DNA of 64,000 bases from an uncultured Ruminococcus sp. (lineage in GTDB: Bacteria > Bacillota > Clostridia > Oscillospirales > CAG-272), in NCBI GenBank assembly GCA_964494135.1, contig CAZBQN010000001.1, positions 78,412 through 142,411 on the forward strand, given 5' to 3'. This document shows, in pieces, positions 43,890-55,115 of this stretch. The notes below the pieces were generated by a model. The model was not told the DNA's origin, searched no databases, and saw only the letters and a program-made list of their open reading frames with translations. A program made the position numbers and the translations under genes. Every line of letters begins with the position of its first letter. Positions within the stretch are counted from its first letter, which is position 1.

Positions 43890-45203
43890 ATGAATATGTA
43901 CGAAATTATTGACAAGAAAAAGCGGGGCGGGGTGCTGTCCCGCGAGGAGATCTTCTACTTCGCTGACGGCTACGGCAAGGGTGAGATTCCGGACTATCAG
44001 GTATCTGCCCTGACGATGGCGATATGCCTTCGTGGCATGAACTACGAAGAGACCCTGGCTCTGACCGAGGCGATATACAAGTCGGGCAAGACTCTCGACC
44101 TGTCAGTGCTCGGCAATCTGTCCTGCGATAAGCATTCCACGGGCGGTGTTGGCGACAAGACCACGCTGATCCTCGCTCCCATTGCCGCGGCGGCAGGCTG
44201 CCGAATAGCGAAAATGAGCGGCAGAGGCCTCGGTCACACCGGCGGTACTATTGACAAATTGGAGTCTGTCCCCGGCTTTTCGACCTCGGTTCCGTCCTCG
44301 GATTTCCTGAAGCACGCCTCGGAGGTTGGCGTCAGCGTTATAGGGCAGACCGAGGAGCTGGCTCCCCTTGACAAAAAGCTCTACGCCCTGCGCGACGTGA
44401 CGGCAACGGTGGATTCAATTCCCCTCATCGCATCCTCGGTTATGGGCAAAAAGCTGGCTTCGGGAGCGAAGAACATAGTACTTGACGTCAAGTGCGGCAC
44501 CGGCTCCTTTATGAAGGATGAAAAGAGCGCAAGAGAGCTGGCAGGGACCATGGTCGACCTTGGCGTCGGAATGGGAAGACACGTGACCGCGCTTATCACC
44601 GATATGGATTCCCCTCTCGGCTACGCCGTCGGAAACAACCTGGAGGTCAAGGAAGCTATCGGAATTCTCTCGGGCAGAGGCGACGATAGACTTCGCGAGC
44701 TGTGTCTGACGCTCGCCTCGGAGCTGGTGGCAATGTCACAGGGCAAAAGCCGAAAAGAAGCGAAGGAAATATGCCGCGGTGTTCTGGAAAGCGGCGCGGC
44801 ACTGAAGAAATTCCGTCAGTGGATAACCTCTGCCGGAGGCGACGGACGGTATATCGACAACCCGTCCCTGTTCCCTGTGTCTGGAAGAATAATTGAAGTC
44901 AAGGCGAAGACCTCCGGCTACATAGGAGCTGTCAACGCCGAGAAAATAGGTCTTTTGTCCGTGCGTCTCGGTGCCGGAAGAGCGAAAAAGAGCGATAATA
45001 TCGACCCTGCGGCGGGAATAGTTATGCAGAAGCGTTACGGCGACAGAGTTGAAAAGGATGAGGTCATCGCCCGTCTTTACACAGACAAAGGCGATCGGGA
45101 GGACAGCCTCACCGAGGAATATCTGTCCGCTCTGGTCTTCACCGACAGTGCCCCCTGTGTAAAGCCCGTTGTTCTTTGCAGAATAACCGACTCGCGGCAA
45201 TGA
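43890..45203 (+). CDS. pdp: Pyrimidine-nucleoside phosphorylase
   Basis: 437 aa with DKHSTGGVGDK and the overall thymidine/pyrimidine-nucleoside phosphorylase architecture. Confidence 0.9.
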   Translation: MNMYEIIDKKKRGGVLSREEIFYFADGYGKGEIPDYQVSALTMAICLRGMNYEETLALTEAIYKSGKTLDLSVLGNLSCDKHSTGGVGDKTTLILAPIAAAAGCRIAKMSGRGLGHTGGTIDKLESVPGFSTSVPSSDFLKHASEVGVSVIGQTEELAPLDKKLYALRDVTATVDSIPLIASSVMGKKLASGAKNIVLDVKCGTGSFMKDEKSARELAGTMVDLGVGMGRHVTALITDMDSPLGYAVGNNLEVKEAIGILSGRGDDRLRELCLTLASELVAMSQGKSRKEAKEICRGVLESGAALKKFRQWITSAGGDGRYIDNPSLFPVSGRIIEVKAKTSGYIGAVNAEKIGLLSVRLGAGRAKKSDNIDPAAGIVMQKRYGDRVEKDEVIARLYTDKGDREDSLTEEYLSALVFTDSAPCVKPVVLCRITDSRQ

Positions 45204-45320
45204 AAGTCCCTGCTTTTCAAAAGCATTTGACCTCTTCGCGCGCCTCTTGTGGGCAAGCTTTTCAATAAGGACGGCTTCCGCCTGCTGTCAAGATTATAAC
45301 TTTTTCAAAGTTTTTAAAAT

Positions 45321-45365
45321 GTCACGATTGTAGACTTTTTAAAGTCACGATTGTAAACTTTTTTT
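45321..45365 (+). repeat. Two direct copies of GTCACGATTGTARACTTTTT, just upstream of the atp promoter
   Basis: Copies at 45321-45340 and 45344-45365, with a 23-bp period. Confidence 0.85.
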
Positions 45366-45372
45366 AAAAGAG

Positions 45373-45401
45373 TTGATTTCCGCGCACGCCTGTGGTAATA
45401 T
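45373..45401 (+). promoter_or_regulatory. Putative sigma-A promoter of the atp operon
   Basis: TTGATT (45373-45378), 17 nt, extended -10 TGgTAATAT (45393-45401). The leader to the first atp gene is about 190 nt. Confidence 0.5.
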
Positions 45402-45599
45402 ACTTATTATACGTACACCTTACGGGCGCATGCGGCAAATCGGCTTTTCAAAACCTGCCTGCGTTCTGGGGCTTCGGCGGTTTTGCCCGTCAAATCGGGT
45501 GTTTTGTCCGTTTTTTACACAAAACGTATGACATTGACCGTTTTTCAAATCCGTAAGCCCTTATATCATATTAACGTTGCAGCCGAATACGGAGGACTG

Positions 45600-45932
45600 A
45601 TGTACAAGCGTCATATCACGTTGATCTACGCCCTGAACATAATGTTTCAGGCAATCTTTACTCTCGCACTTGGAATAGGAGCAGCTCTTTTCATATCATA
45701 TATCGCAACGAGCAACTGGGGAGCGCCGGACTGGATATATGCGCCCTTGGTGACCGTCGGCGTGCTGATTGGCTTAGTCTCAATGTTAAAATACCTTTTC
45801 GTCGCCATGCGCTCTCTGGAGAAGCTGGAACAGCAGCATAAGCAGGATGAAAAGCGGGCAAGAGAAGAAGCACGGCAAAAGAAAAAGCGGGACGGCGAAG
45901 GCGAAAACAATAACGGCTCTCGGGAGGTCTGA
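45600..45932 (+). CDS. AtpZ/AtpI-family small membrane protein
   Basis: An internal ATG follows GGAGGA. It has two TM helices plus a Lys/Glu-rich tail, and is the first gene of the atp operon. Confidence 0.5.
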   Translation: MYKRHITLIYALNIMFQAIFTLALGIGAALFISYIATSNWGAPDWIYAPLVTVGVLIGLVSMLKYLFVAMRSLEKLEQQHKQDEKRAREEARQKKKRDGEGENNNGSREV

Positions 45933-46417
45933 TGGAAGAAAAGAAAAAAGGCTCTGTATGGAGCGACATATTGCCTCTTGCCATAGGCGAGATTATCGTT
46001 TCACTCGCCGTAATAGGCGTATATCTGATAATTCAGGCGTGCATGCCGGACAGTGAAATATTCACCTACAAGGTAATCACCGGCGTGCTTCTCGGCAGCA
46101 CCGTAATTCTCGTCAACTACGCGGCGCTGTCCATATCCCTCAGCATAGCGGTAAAGGGATTTCTGGAGGCGCGGGGCAACGGAGAGATGACCGACGAGGA
46201 AGCGGCGGATTTCGCAAACAAGAACTCGGCAAAGATACACGGCACCGTAACCGTCTCCTACATTATAAGGACGCTGTCAACCGTGGCGGCTCTGGTGGTG
46301 GCACTGCTCGTACCGGTATTTGACGTAATACCCACGGTCATTCCCCTTCTTATGTTCAAACCCATAATTTATATCACGGAACTTATCAATTCAAAACGGA
46401 AAAAAGTAAAAAAATGA
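45932..46417 (+). CDS. atpI: ATP synthase protein I-like membrane protein
   Basis: 161 aa with four hydrophobic helices. ATGA start/stop overlap with the neighbouring genes, and a position immediately before atpB. Confidence 0.55.
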   Translation: MEEKKKGSVWSDILPLAIGEIIVSLAVIGVYLIIQACMPDSEIFTYKVITGVLLGSTVILVNYAALSISLSIAVKGFLEARGNGEMTDEEAADFANKNSAKIHGTVTVSYIIRTLSTVAALVVALLVPVFDVIPTVIPLLMFKPIIYITELINSKRKKVKK

Positions 46418-47433
46418 AAAAGAATCTGATTGCATGGCTTGCAGTCATCGTGTGCGTATGTCTTCTTCTGACGGTATTCGTATGTGCCTTGACTCTCGGG
46501 GAGCGCCCCGAAGTCACCCCGCCCGACCCGAATGAAGAAAAACCGCTCCTGACGCTGAACGGGCCTAAAATAATTCTCGCAATCCCGCATCTGAAGGAGC
46601 TCAGCGAAAGCATCCCCCTTCTGGAGCTGGGTAACGTTATAACCCAGACGACGGTGACCCTGATTGCGGTAACGGCAATTTTGTGTCTTCTCACCGTCAT
46701 CCTCACAAGGAGCCTGACGAAAAGGCCGGGAAAGCTCCAGGTCGTGACCGAAAAGCTGGTAGATATGCTCTACGGTCTGGTCAGGGATACCATGGGCGAG
46801 CACAACCTGAAATTCGCGCCTTATATCGGAACGCTGTTTTTGTCCTCGATAACCTGTACTCTTATCGGTATGACGCAGCTGTTCCGTTCAGCCACCGCCG
46901 ACCTGTCGGTGACTGCGGCGTGGGCTCTGGCTACCACCGCCATGGTGTGGTACAACAATATCAAGAACTTCGGCTTCGGCTCATGGCTGAAAGGCTTTAC
47001 CGAGCCGGTAGTTGTCATGACGCCGATGAACATAGTCAGCGAAATAGCCAATCCCGTATCAATGGCATTCCGTCACTTCGGCAACGTGGCGGGCGGCTCG
47101 GTGCTGACGGCACTGATTTACGGAGCCCTGGCGGGGCTGACCTCTCTGGTTTTCGGCTGGCTGCCCGAAGCGATAGCAACGGTATTCCCGCCCCTGTTCC
47201 AGATAGGTATACCCGCGGTGCTGTCGATATACTTCGACCTGTTCTCGGGCTTCGTGCAGGCGTTCGTATTCTCGCTTCTGACCATGGTATACGTAGGCGG
47301 AGCTTGTCCTCCCCCTGCGGAAATTCAGGCGGCAAAGGAAGCGAAGCTTTTGAAAAAGCAACAGCGCGCAGAAAAGCGTCACAAAAAGTCCGAAGAGGCG
47401 GCTGTGGCAGAGACCGTAAGCTCGGAGAAGTAA
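46414..47433 (+). CDS. atpB: F0 subunit a
   Basis: 339 aa with the conserved Arg region (MAFRHFGNVAGG). It has a long N-terminal extension and a Lys-rich C-terminal tail. Confidence 0.9.
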   Translation: MKKNLIAWLAVIVCVCLLLTVFVCALTLGERPEVTPPDPNEEKPLLTLNGPKIILAIPHLKELSESIPLLELGNVITQTTVTLIAVTAILCLLTVILTRSLTKRPGKLQVVTEKLVDMLYGLVRDTMGEHNLKFAPYIGTLFLSSITCTLIGMTQLFRSATADLSVTAAWALATTAMVWYNNIKNFGFGSWLKGFTEPVVVMTPMNIVSEIANPVSMAFRHFGNVAGGSVLTALIYGALAGLTSLVFGWLPEAIATVFPPLFQIGIPAVLSIYFDLFSGFVQAFVFSLLTMVYVGGACPPPAEIQAAKEAKLLKKQQRAEKRHKKSEEAAVAETVSSEK

Positions 47434-47561
47434 CGACCTGCCCCCGGAAGGAAAGCGCTTTCAGGCGCCCTTTCAGCCAGTGAAAATCAAGAATAATTCG
47501 ACGTTTCGGCGAGTGAAAATCACCGGATACGGAATGAAAAAACAAATTAAAAATAAAATAA

Positions 47562-47828
<267 letters not shown>

Positions 47829-47842
47829 CAGGCTTATAACTC

Positions 47843-47933
47843 GTTTGAAAATTTTATTTTCAAACTGTCGTTTGTGTCTTTCACACCGTTTGCGGCAGAA
47901 CGAATTTCCTTACGGAAACCGAAGACAAACGAC
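47843..47933 (+). other. Structured intergenic element between atpE and atpF
   Basis: Hairpin 1 is GTTTGAAAAT/ATTTTCAAAC (47843-47865). The outer stem is GTCGTTTGTGTCTT (47868-47880) / AAGACAAACGAC (47922-47933). It encloses TTTCC-TTAC-GGAAA. Confidence 0.55.
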
Positions 47934-47959
47934 CTCTCAAATGAAAGGAATGTTCATAT

Positions 47960-48484
47960 ATGGAATGGCTTGCATTTCAGGAGCAGTTTGAAGCCTTTGT
48001 GGGCGTAAATCTGTGGACTATGGTCTTCGCCTGGATAAACATAATTATCCTCTATTTCATTTTAAAGAAGCTGCTGTTTAAGCCAATCAGGAATATGATT
48101 GACTCCCGTCAGCGCGAGGTGGACGAGATGTACGAAAACGCCGGCGAGGCAAAGGATTCGGCACTCAAAATGAAAGAGGAATACGAGGAGAAGCTGGAGC
48201 ACGCCGAAGAGGAGAGCGAGCAGATTCTCCGCTCTGCCCAGCGCCGCGCACAGCTTAAAGAAGAGGATATTCTCAAAGAGGCAAACGCGAAGGCACAGCT
48301 GGTGCTTGAGCGCGCACAGAACGAAATAGAGCTGGAAAAGAAGCGCGCAATAAACGAGGTCAAGGACGAGGTATCGGAGCTTGCTGTCGGTATCGCGGGC
48401 GCGATAATCGAAAGAGACGTTTCCGAGGACGAGCACCGCGACCTTATTGACGAATTTATAAACAAATTAGGAGAGAGCGAATGA
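47960..48484 (+). CDS. atpF: F0 subunit b
   Basis: N-terminal TM helix followed by a long charged coiled coil. Operon position supports the call. Confidence 0.85.
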   Translation: MEWLAFQEQFEAFVGVNLWTMVFAWINIIILYFILKKLLFKPIRNMIDSRQREVDEMYENAGEAKDSALKMKEEYEEKLEHAEEESEQILRSAQRRAQLKEEDILKEANAKAQLVLERAQNEIELEKKRAINEVKDEVSELAVGIAGAIIERDVSEDEHRDLIDEFINKLGESE

Positions 48485-49020
48485 AGGGCAGAATGGATGA
48501 GGAATACGGAAAGGCGTTGTTCCTCTTAGCAGAAGAAGCCTCGCTCTCGGACAGGGTAAAAGAGGACGCAGAGATCGTCAAAGCCGTCCTTTACGAAAAT
48601 CCCGAATTTCCGAACCTTTTAGACACCCCGGCGATTCCGAAGTCGGAGCGGCTTTCGATGATAGACCGTGCCTTCGGCAGCCTGTGCGAGCTTACCGTCA
48701 ATACGGCAAAGCTCTTGGCGGAGCGGCACTCCTTCCGCCTTCTGCCAGAGATACTCGACGTCTTTCTGTCACAGTACGAGGCATCACGCGGAATTGAGCG
48801 CGCCGAGGTGGTAAGCGCACGTCCCCTCACCGAGGAACAGCTGTCGCGCCTTCGCGAAAAGCTGGAGCAGCAGACCGGCAAGACCGTAATAATCAACGCC
48901 GTGTGCGACACTCGTGTCCTCGGCGGCGTCAAGCTGCGCTATATGGGCAAGCAGCTGGACGGCTCTTTGCAGGCAAGGCTCGCAAGGCTGGAGCGTCAGC
49001 TCGCACAGACAATCGTATAA
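48481..49020 (+). CDS. atpH: F1 subunit delta (OSCP)
   Basis: 179 aa. Start overlaps the atpF stop, and a typical C-terminal VIGG-like VLGGVKL motif is present. Confidence 0.85.
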   Translation: MKGRMDEEYGKALFLLAEEASLSDRVKEDAEIVKAVLYENPEFPNLLDTPAIPKSERLSMIDRAFGSLCELTVNTAKLLAERHSFRLLPEILDVFLSQYEASRGIERAEVVSARPLTEEQLSRLREKLEQQTGKTVIINAVCDTRVLGGVKLRYMGKQLDGSLQARLARLERQLAQTIV

Positions 49021-49050
49021 TCTCAACGTTTAAACGAGGTTGGTTTTAAA

Positions 49051-50577
49051 ATGCAATCAAAAATTGATGACATCAGCAAAATAATTAAAGAGCAAATACG
49101 TAACTACTCGCGAAAGTGCGAGCAGGATGAGATAGGCTACGTAATATCCGTAGGCGACGGCATCTCCAAGGTTTACGGACTCGATAAGTGCAAGGCTAAC
49201 GAGCTTCTCGAATTTTCCAACGGCTCCTTCGGCATGGCACTGAACCTTGAGGAGAGCTTCGTCAGCGCGGTGCTTCTCGGCACGGACGTGGGCATCAGCG
49301 AGGGCAGCGTAGTAAAGCGCACGGGCAGAGTCGTGTCCGTACCCGTCGGCGAGGCGCTTATCGGCAGAGTAGTTAACGCACTCGGTCAGCCCGAGGACGG
49401 CAAGGGACCCATTGAGTCCGACAAATACTACCCTATCGAAAGACCTGCCTACGGTATAATTGAAAGAAAGTCGGTTTCCGTACCCCTGCAGACCGGTATC
49501 AAGGCGATAGACTCCATGATTCCCATAGGCAGAGGACAGAGAGAGCTTATCGTCGGCGACAGACAGACCGGTAAGACGGTTATCGCCACCGACACCATCA
49601 TAAACCAGAAGGGCAAGGACGTTATCTGTATCTACGTCGCAATAGGACAAAAGCAGTCAACGGTGGCAAACATAGTTGACACGCTTTACAAGAACGGAGC
49701 TATGGACTACACCATAGTCGTGGCGGCTACCGCCTCTGACCCCGCGCCCTTGCAGTACATTGCACCCTACTCGGGCTGTTCCATGGGCGAATACTTTATG
49801 GAGCAGGGCAAGGACGTGCTTATCGTCTACGACGACCTGTCAAAGCACGCAGTGGCTTACCGTGCGCTGTCCCTGCTTATCAGACGTCCCCCGGGCAGAG
49901 AGGCATTCCCCGGCGACGTATTCTATCTGCACTCAAGACTTCTTGAGCGCGCGGCGCGTCTGTCCCCGGAATGCGGAGGCGGCTCGCTGACAGCCCTGCC
50001 TATCATTGAAACCCAGGCAGGCGACGTGTCGGCGTATATTCCCACCAACGTCATTTCAATCACCGACGGTCAGATTTTCCTTGAAACCGAGCTGTTCCAC
50101 GCAGGCGTACGCCCGGCGGTCAACCCGGGTATATCGGTATCCCGTGTCGGCGGAAACGCGCAGATAAAGGCGATGAAGAAGATTTCCGGAACGCTGAAGC
50201 TGATCTACTCCCAGTACCGGGAGCTGCAGAGCTTTGCCCAGTTCGGCTCAGATCTTGACGCGGATACAAAGGCGCGTCTGGAACAGGGACAGAGAATAGT
50301 GGAGGTCCTGAAGCAGGACAGAAATTCCCCCGTGCCGGTAGAGCTTCAGGTAGCCATAATCTATGCGGTCGTAAACAATCTTCTTAAGGAAATAGAACCG
50401 GAGGACATTCGCGCCTTTGAGGGAGAGCTGTTCGAATATCTGACGGCTACTCAGGACGCGCTTCTTCGCGAAATACGCGACACGGGTGCCCTCTCGGAGG
50501 AAACGGCGGCAGGTCTTCGCGCCGCCACCGAGACGGTGAAGGCGAAGTTCTTAGGCACCCTCGCCGAGGAAGAATAA
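49051..50577 (+). CDS. atpA: F1 subunit alpha
   Basis: 508 aa with Walker A GDRQTGKT and canonical alpha-subunit sequence throughout. Confidence 0.97.
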   Translation: MQSKIDDISKIIKEQIRNYSRKCEQDEIGYVISVGDGISKVYGLDKCKANELLEFSNGSFGMALNLEESFVSAVLLGTDVGISEGSVVKRTGRVVSVPVGEALIGRVVNALGQPEDGKGPIESDKYYPIERPAYGIIERKSVSVPLQTGIKAIDSMIPIGRGQRELIVGDRQTGKTVIATDTIINQKGKDVICIYVAIGQKQSTVANIVDTLYKNGAMDYTIVVAATASDPAPLQYIAPYSGCSMGEYFMEQGKDVLIVYDDLSKHAVAYRALSLLIRRPPGREAFPGDVFYLHSRLLERAARLSPECGGGSLTALPIIETQAGDVSAYIPTNVISITDGQIFLETELFHAGVRPAVNPGISVSRVGGNAQIKAMKKISGTLKLIYSQYRELQSFAQFGSDLDADTKARLEQGQRIVEVLKQDRNSPVPVELQVAIIYAVVNNLLKEIEPEDIRAFEGELFEYLTATQDALLREIRDTGALSEETAAGLRAATETVKAKFLGTLAEEE

Positions 50578-50604
50578 CCGGTTGAAAGCAGCTTAAAGGT
50601 TTAT

Positions 50605-50646
50605 TTTCAACTTTCAACTTTCAACTTTCAATTTTCAATTTTCAAC
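50605..50646 (+). repeat. Six tandem heptamers TTTCAAY
   Basis: TTTCAAC x3, TTTCAAT x2, TTTCAAC. This is the reverse complement of the RTTGAAA units at 42116. A single GTTGAAA sits at 50581-50587. Confidence 0.9.
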
Positions 50647-50666
50647 TTATCAAAAGGAGTTCCTTA

Positions 50667-51509
50667 ATGTCTGGCGCTTCAATGAACGATATCAAGGCAC
50701 GGATAAAAACCGTGTCAAGCACGATGCAGATCACCCGTGCCATGGAGCTGGTGGCAACCTCCAAGCTCAGGCGCGCCAAGGAGAACGCAGAGCGCACCCG
50801 GCCCTTTTACGAAACGCTGGGAAGTGCGATAGACAGCGTTCTGTCATCGGGCGCGGCGGCAGAATCGCCATTTCTTGAAAAAAGGGAGGGCGGAAAAGCC
50901 CTGTATATAGTAATAGCCGGCGACAGAGGCTTGGCAGGAGGCTATAACGCCAATATATTCCGCCTTGCCGAGGAGCAGTCCCGGGACACGGACGCAATTT
51001 TCCTGCCCCTCGGAAAAAAAGCACTGGAATATTTCCGTCACAGAGGAAAGCAGCTGCTTACCGATAGCTACGACAGCGTGCAGGACGTCGGAGTCGGCGA
51101 GGCCATGGAGCTGGGGCGGTTGATTTGCGACCGCTTTCTCTCGGGCGAATGTGACAAGGTAGTTTTGATTTACACCGAATTCGTGTCAATGCTGACGCAG
51201 ACACCGGTGTGCCGACAGCTTTTGCCCTTGGAGCTCAAGCCGAAGTCAAAACGGCTCGATATACTGACCGACTGCGACAGAGAGGAGCTGCCGGGAAAAA
51301 TCGTACCCTACTTTGCAGGCGGAATCATTTATTCGGCTCTTACCGAGTCGATAGCCTCGGAGCAGGGCGCGCGCAGAACGGCAATGAACTCCGCAAACAA
51401 AAACGCCGAGGAAATGATAGATACTCTGCACCTCAGATACAACAGAGCCCGCCAGGCTCTCATCACCCGCGAGATCACCGAGATAGTATCCGGCTCGGAG
51501 GCGCTCTGA
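50667..51509 (+). CDS. atpG: F1 subunit gamma
   Basis: 280 aa with N-terminal ...IKTVSSTMQITRAMELVATSKLRRA and C-terminal ...RQALITREITEIVSG. Confidence 0.93.
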   Translation: MSGASMNDIKARIKTVSSTMQITRAMELVATSKLRRAKENAERTRPFYETLGSAIDSVLSSGAAAESPFLEKREGGKALYIVIAGDRGLAGGYNANIFRLAEEQSRDTDAIFLPLGKKALEYFRHRGKQLLTDSYDSVQDVGVGEAMELGRLICDRFLSGECDKVVLIYTEFVSMLTQTPVCRQLLPLELKPKSKRLDILTDCDREELPGKIVPYFAGGIIYSALTESIASEQGARRTAMNSANKNAEEMIDTLHLRYNRARQALITREITEIVSGSEAL

Positions 51510-51558
51510 TTGCCGAGGGACAAAATATATTTAATTTGCGCTTTTTGAATTACCCTGA

Positions 51559-53025
<1,467 letters not shown>

Positions 53026-53028
53026 GAT

Positions 53029-53430
53029 ATGAAAAGCTTTCGCTTGAAAATCGTGACCCCCGACGGCCTGGCATTTGACGGCGACGCAGAGAGCCTGCTC
53101 ATACGCACCGACGACGGAGATGCCGAGTTTCTCTGTGGGCACGCCGACTATATTGCTTCCGTAGGTACGGGCAGAGCGCGTATTATCACGGGAGGCGTGT
53201 CGAGATTTGCCTCCTGTTCGGGAGGATTTGTCAGCGTCATGTCCGGCGTGGTATCGCTGACGGCGGTAACCTTCGAATTTGCGGAGGACATCGACGTAAA
53301 ACGAGCCGAAAGGGCAAAAGCCGATGCCGAGGCGAGAATTCAGGACGCCAAGGACGCGCGGGAGCTGGGACTCGCCGAGGCTAAGCTGAAGCGCGCGCTC
53401 AGCCGACTGAATGCTGCCGACCTGCTTTGA
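53029..53430 (+). CDS. atpC: F1 subunit epsilon
   Basis: 133 aa, with a beta-sandwich domain plus C-terminal helices. It is the last gene of the operon. Confidence 0.9.
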   Translation: MKSFRLKIVTPDGLAFDGDAESLLIRTDDGDAEFLCGHADYIASVGTGRARIITGGVSRFASCSGGFVSVMSGVVSLTAVTFEFAEDIDVKRAERAKADAEARIQDAKDARELGLAEAKLKRALSRLNAADLL

Positions 53431-53506
53431 GCCGCACCGACTCAGACACAGGATTTCCCTACCAATAATTTTCTTATCGAAGAATGAAAATGAAAAGGAG
53501 TAACGT

Positions 53507-55093
53507 ATGAACCGCAGAATTGCTTTTTTGTTCGCCGCTCTGGTACTTATTCTATCGTTAATTTTCACGCTGGGCAGCTGTGGCGGCAAAACGGTCGTCA
53601 GCTTTCAGTCAAACGGCGGCTCCGAGGTAAGCTCGCAAACACTGTCAGACGGTTACGTCAAAGAGCCGGATGCTCCGATACGTGCAGGATACAGGTTTAT
53701 CTGTTGGGAGCTTCGAGGTGAGAAGTTCGACTTTGAAAACACGAAGGTGACCGAGAACGTAACCCTCGTCGCCAAATGGGAGGCTATCGAATACACAGTC
53801 ACCTTTGAAAACTGCGAAGGTGTCACACTCCCCGACAAAAAGACTTTTACAATTGACGACGGAAGCTATACTCTCCCCGAGAACCCCGAGCGGGACGGCT
53901 GTCAGTTCCTCGGCTGGTACGAGGACGCCGACTTCACCCGTCAGATAACCGCCATTGACACTTCGGTATGCAAGGACGTCACCGTGTATGCCAAGTGGTC
54001 CGGAGGTACGATCAGCTATCTCAACTGGCCCGACCCCGACCCGAATGCGCCCACCACTTACATTGTAGGCGACGAGATTATTTTGCCCGTGCCCGACCGT
54101 GAGCATTACAGGTTCATAGGCTGGCACTACGGAGCGATGAGCGGTGAAATCATCACGGAGCTGGACACCTCAAGGGGTGAAAACGTCAGACTGTACGCCG
54201 AGTGGAGTCCGATTGAATATACCATTACATACGAAAACTGCGAGGGGTTGACAATCTCTCTTCCCAAAACATATACGGTAATCACGGCGGATATTACGCT
54301 CACCGAGCTCTCGCGGTCACACTACAGATTCCTCGGCTGGTTTACCGACGAGGAGCTGACCGAGGCAGTAACCGAAATCGACTGCTCAGAAGGCGGAAAC
54401 ATCACGCTTTACGCTTCCTTTGAATACGCTCCCCACAGCTTCGACGAGGCGTGGAGCTATGACGGGAGCAACCACTGGCACGCATCAAATTGCGGTCACG
54501 AGGAGGAGACTTCGGACTTCGGCGCTCACACGCTGACGGGCGGTATTTGCACCGTGTGCGGATACGATGACGGCGTAAACGTTATCAAAGAGTTGATCAA
54601 GAATTCTTCGCTCTCATCCTCCTTTGTTACTACCTCCCTTGACACCGGACTTGCGAATGAGCCTATGTGCGGTGAGTACACGCTGACCTTTAACGCCGAC
54701 GGCACGGTAAGTATAGTCTACTCCTACGAGCAGTTCACAGGCTCGGAAGATTGGATTGACTCACAAGACCCGTATGAAACGGTTGAAGGCGTGGCATCAG
54801 TGGACAAGGACGGTAGTATAACCGGCGGCGTTACACTGCAAATACTCAACACGGGTAGCCTCAAATTCAACTTTACGGCAGAAAACGCCGTCGCATCTAC
54901 CGAGGCAAATAAGATAACGCTTACCGTAAAGGCTGAGGACACCGAGGCTGCTCTCGGCTTTGCCTGCCCCACCGACGTTACGGTTGAATTCACCGTAGGC
55001 ACGGAGGGTATCGACTCGCTGGTGCTGTCCTACTCGGCGGATATGGCGGGTACGGAAGTGCCGGTAGTTATCACCGCTGTTTACACCAAGTGA
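53507..55093 (+). CDS. Surface lipoprotein with InlB B-repeat (Listeria-Bacteroides repeat) domains
   Basis: A signal peptide with lipobox LGSCGG is present. There are at least four repeats of the GY.F.GW...F....V..N.TLYAKW type, plus a His/Cys-rich segment (HWHASNCGHEE...CTVCGYD). Confidence 0.75.
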   Translation: MNRRIAFLFAALVLILSLIFTLGSCGGKTVVSFQSNGGSEVSSQTLSDGYVKEPDAPIRAGYRFICWELRGEKFDFENTKVTENVTLVAKWEAIEYTVTFENCEGVTLPDKKTFTIDDGSYTLPENPERDGCQFLGWYEDADFTRQITAIDTSVCKDVTVYAKWSGGTISYLNWPDPDPNAPTTYIVGDEIILPVPDREHYRFIGWHYGAMSGEIITELDTSRGENVRLYAEWSPIEYTITYENCEGLTISLPKTYTVITADITLTELSRSHYRFLGWFTDEELTEAVTEIDCSEGGNITLYASFEYAPHSFDEAWSYDGSNHWHASNCGHEEETSDFGAHTLTGGICTVCGYDDGVNVIKELIKNSSLSSSFVTTSLDTGLANEPMCGEYTLTFNADGTVSIVYSYEQFTGSEDWIDSQDPYETVEGVASVDKDGSITGGVTLQILNTGSLKFNFTAENAVASTEANKITLTVKAEDTEAALGFACPTDVTVEFTVGTEGIDSLVLSYSADMAGTEVPVVITAVYTK

Positions 55094-55115
55094 TAAAGCT
55101 GTTTGAGGAACGAAA

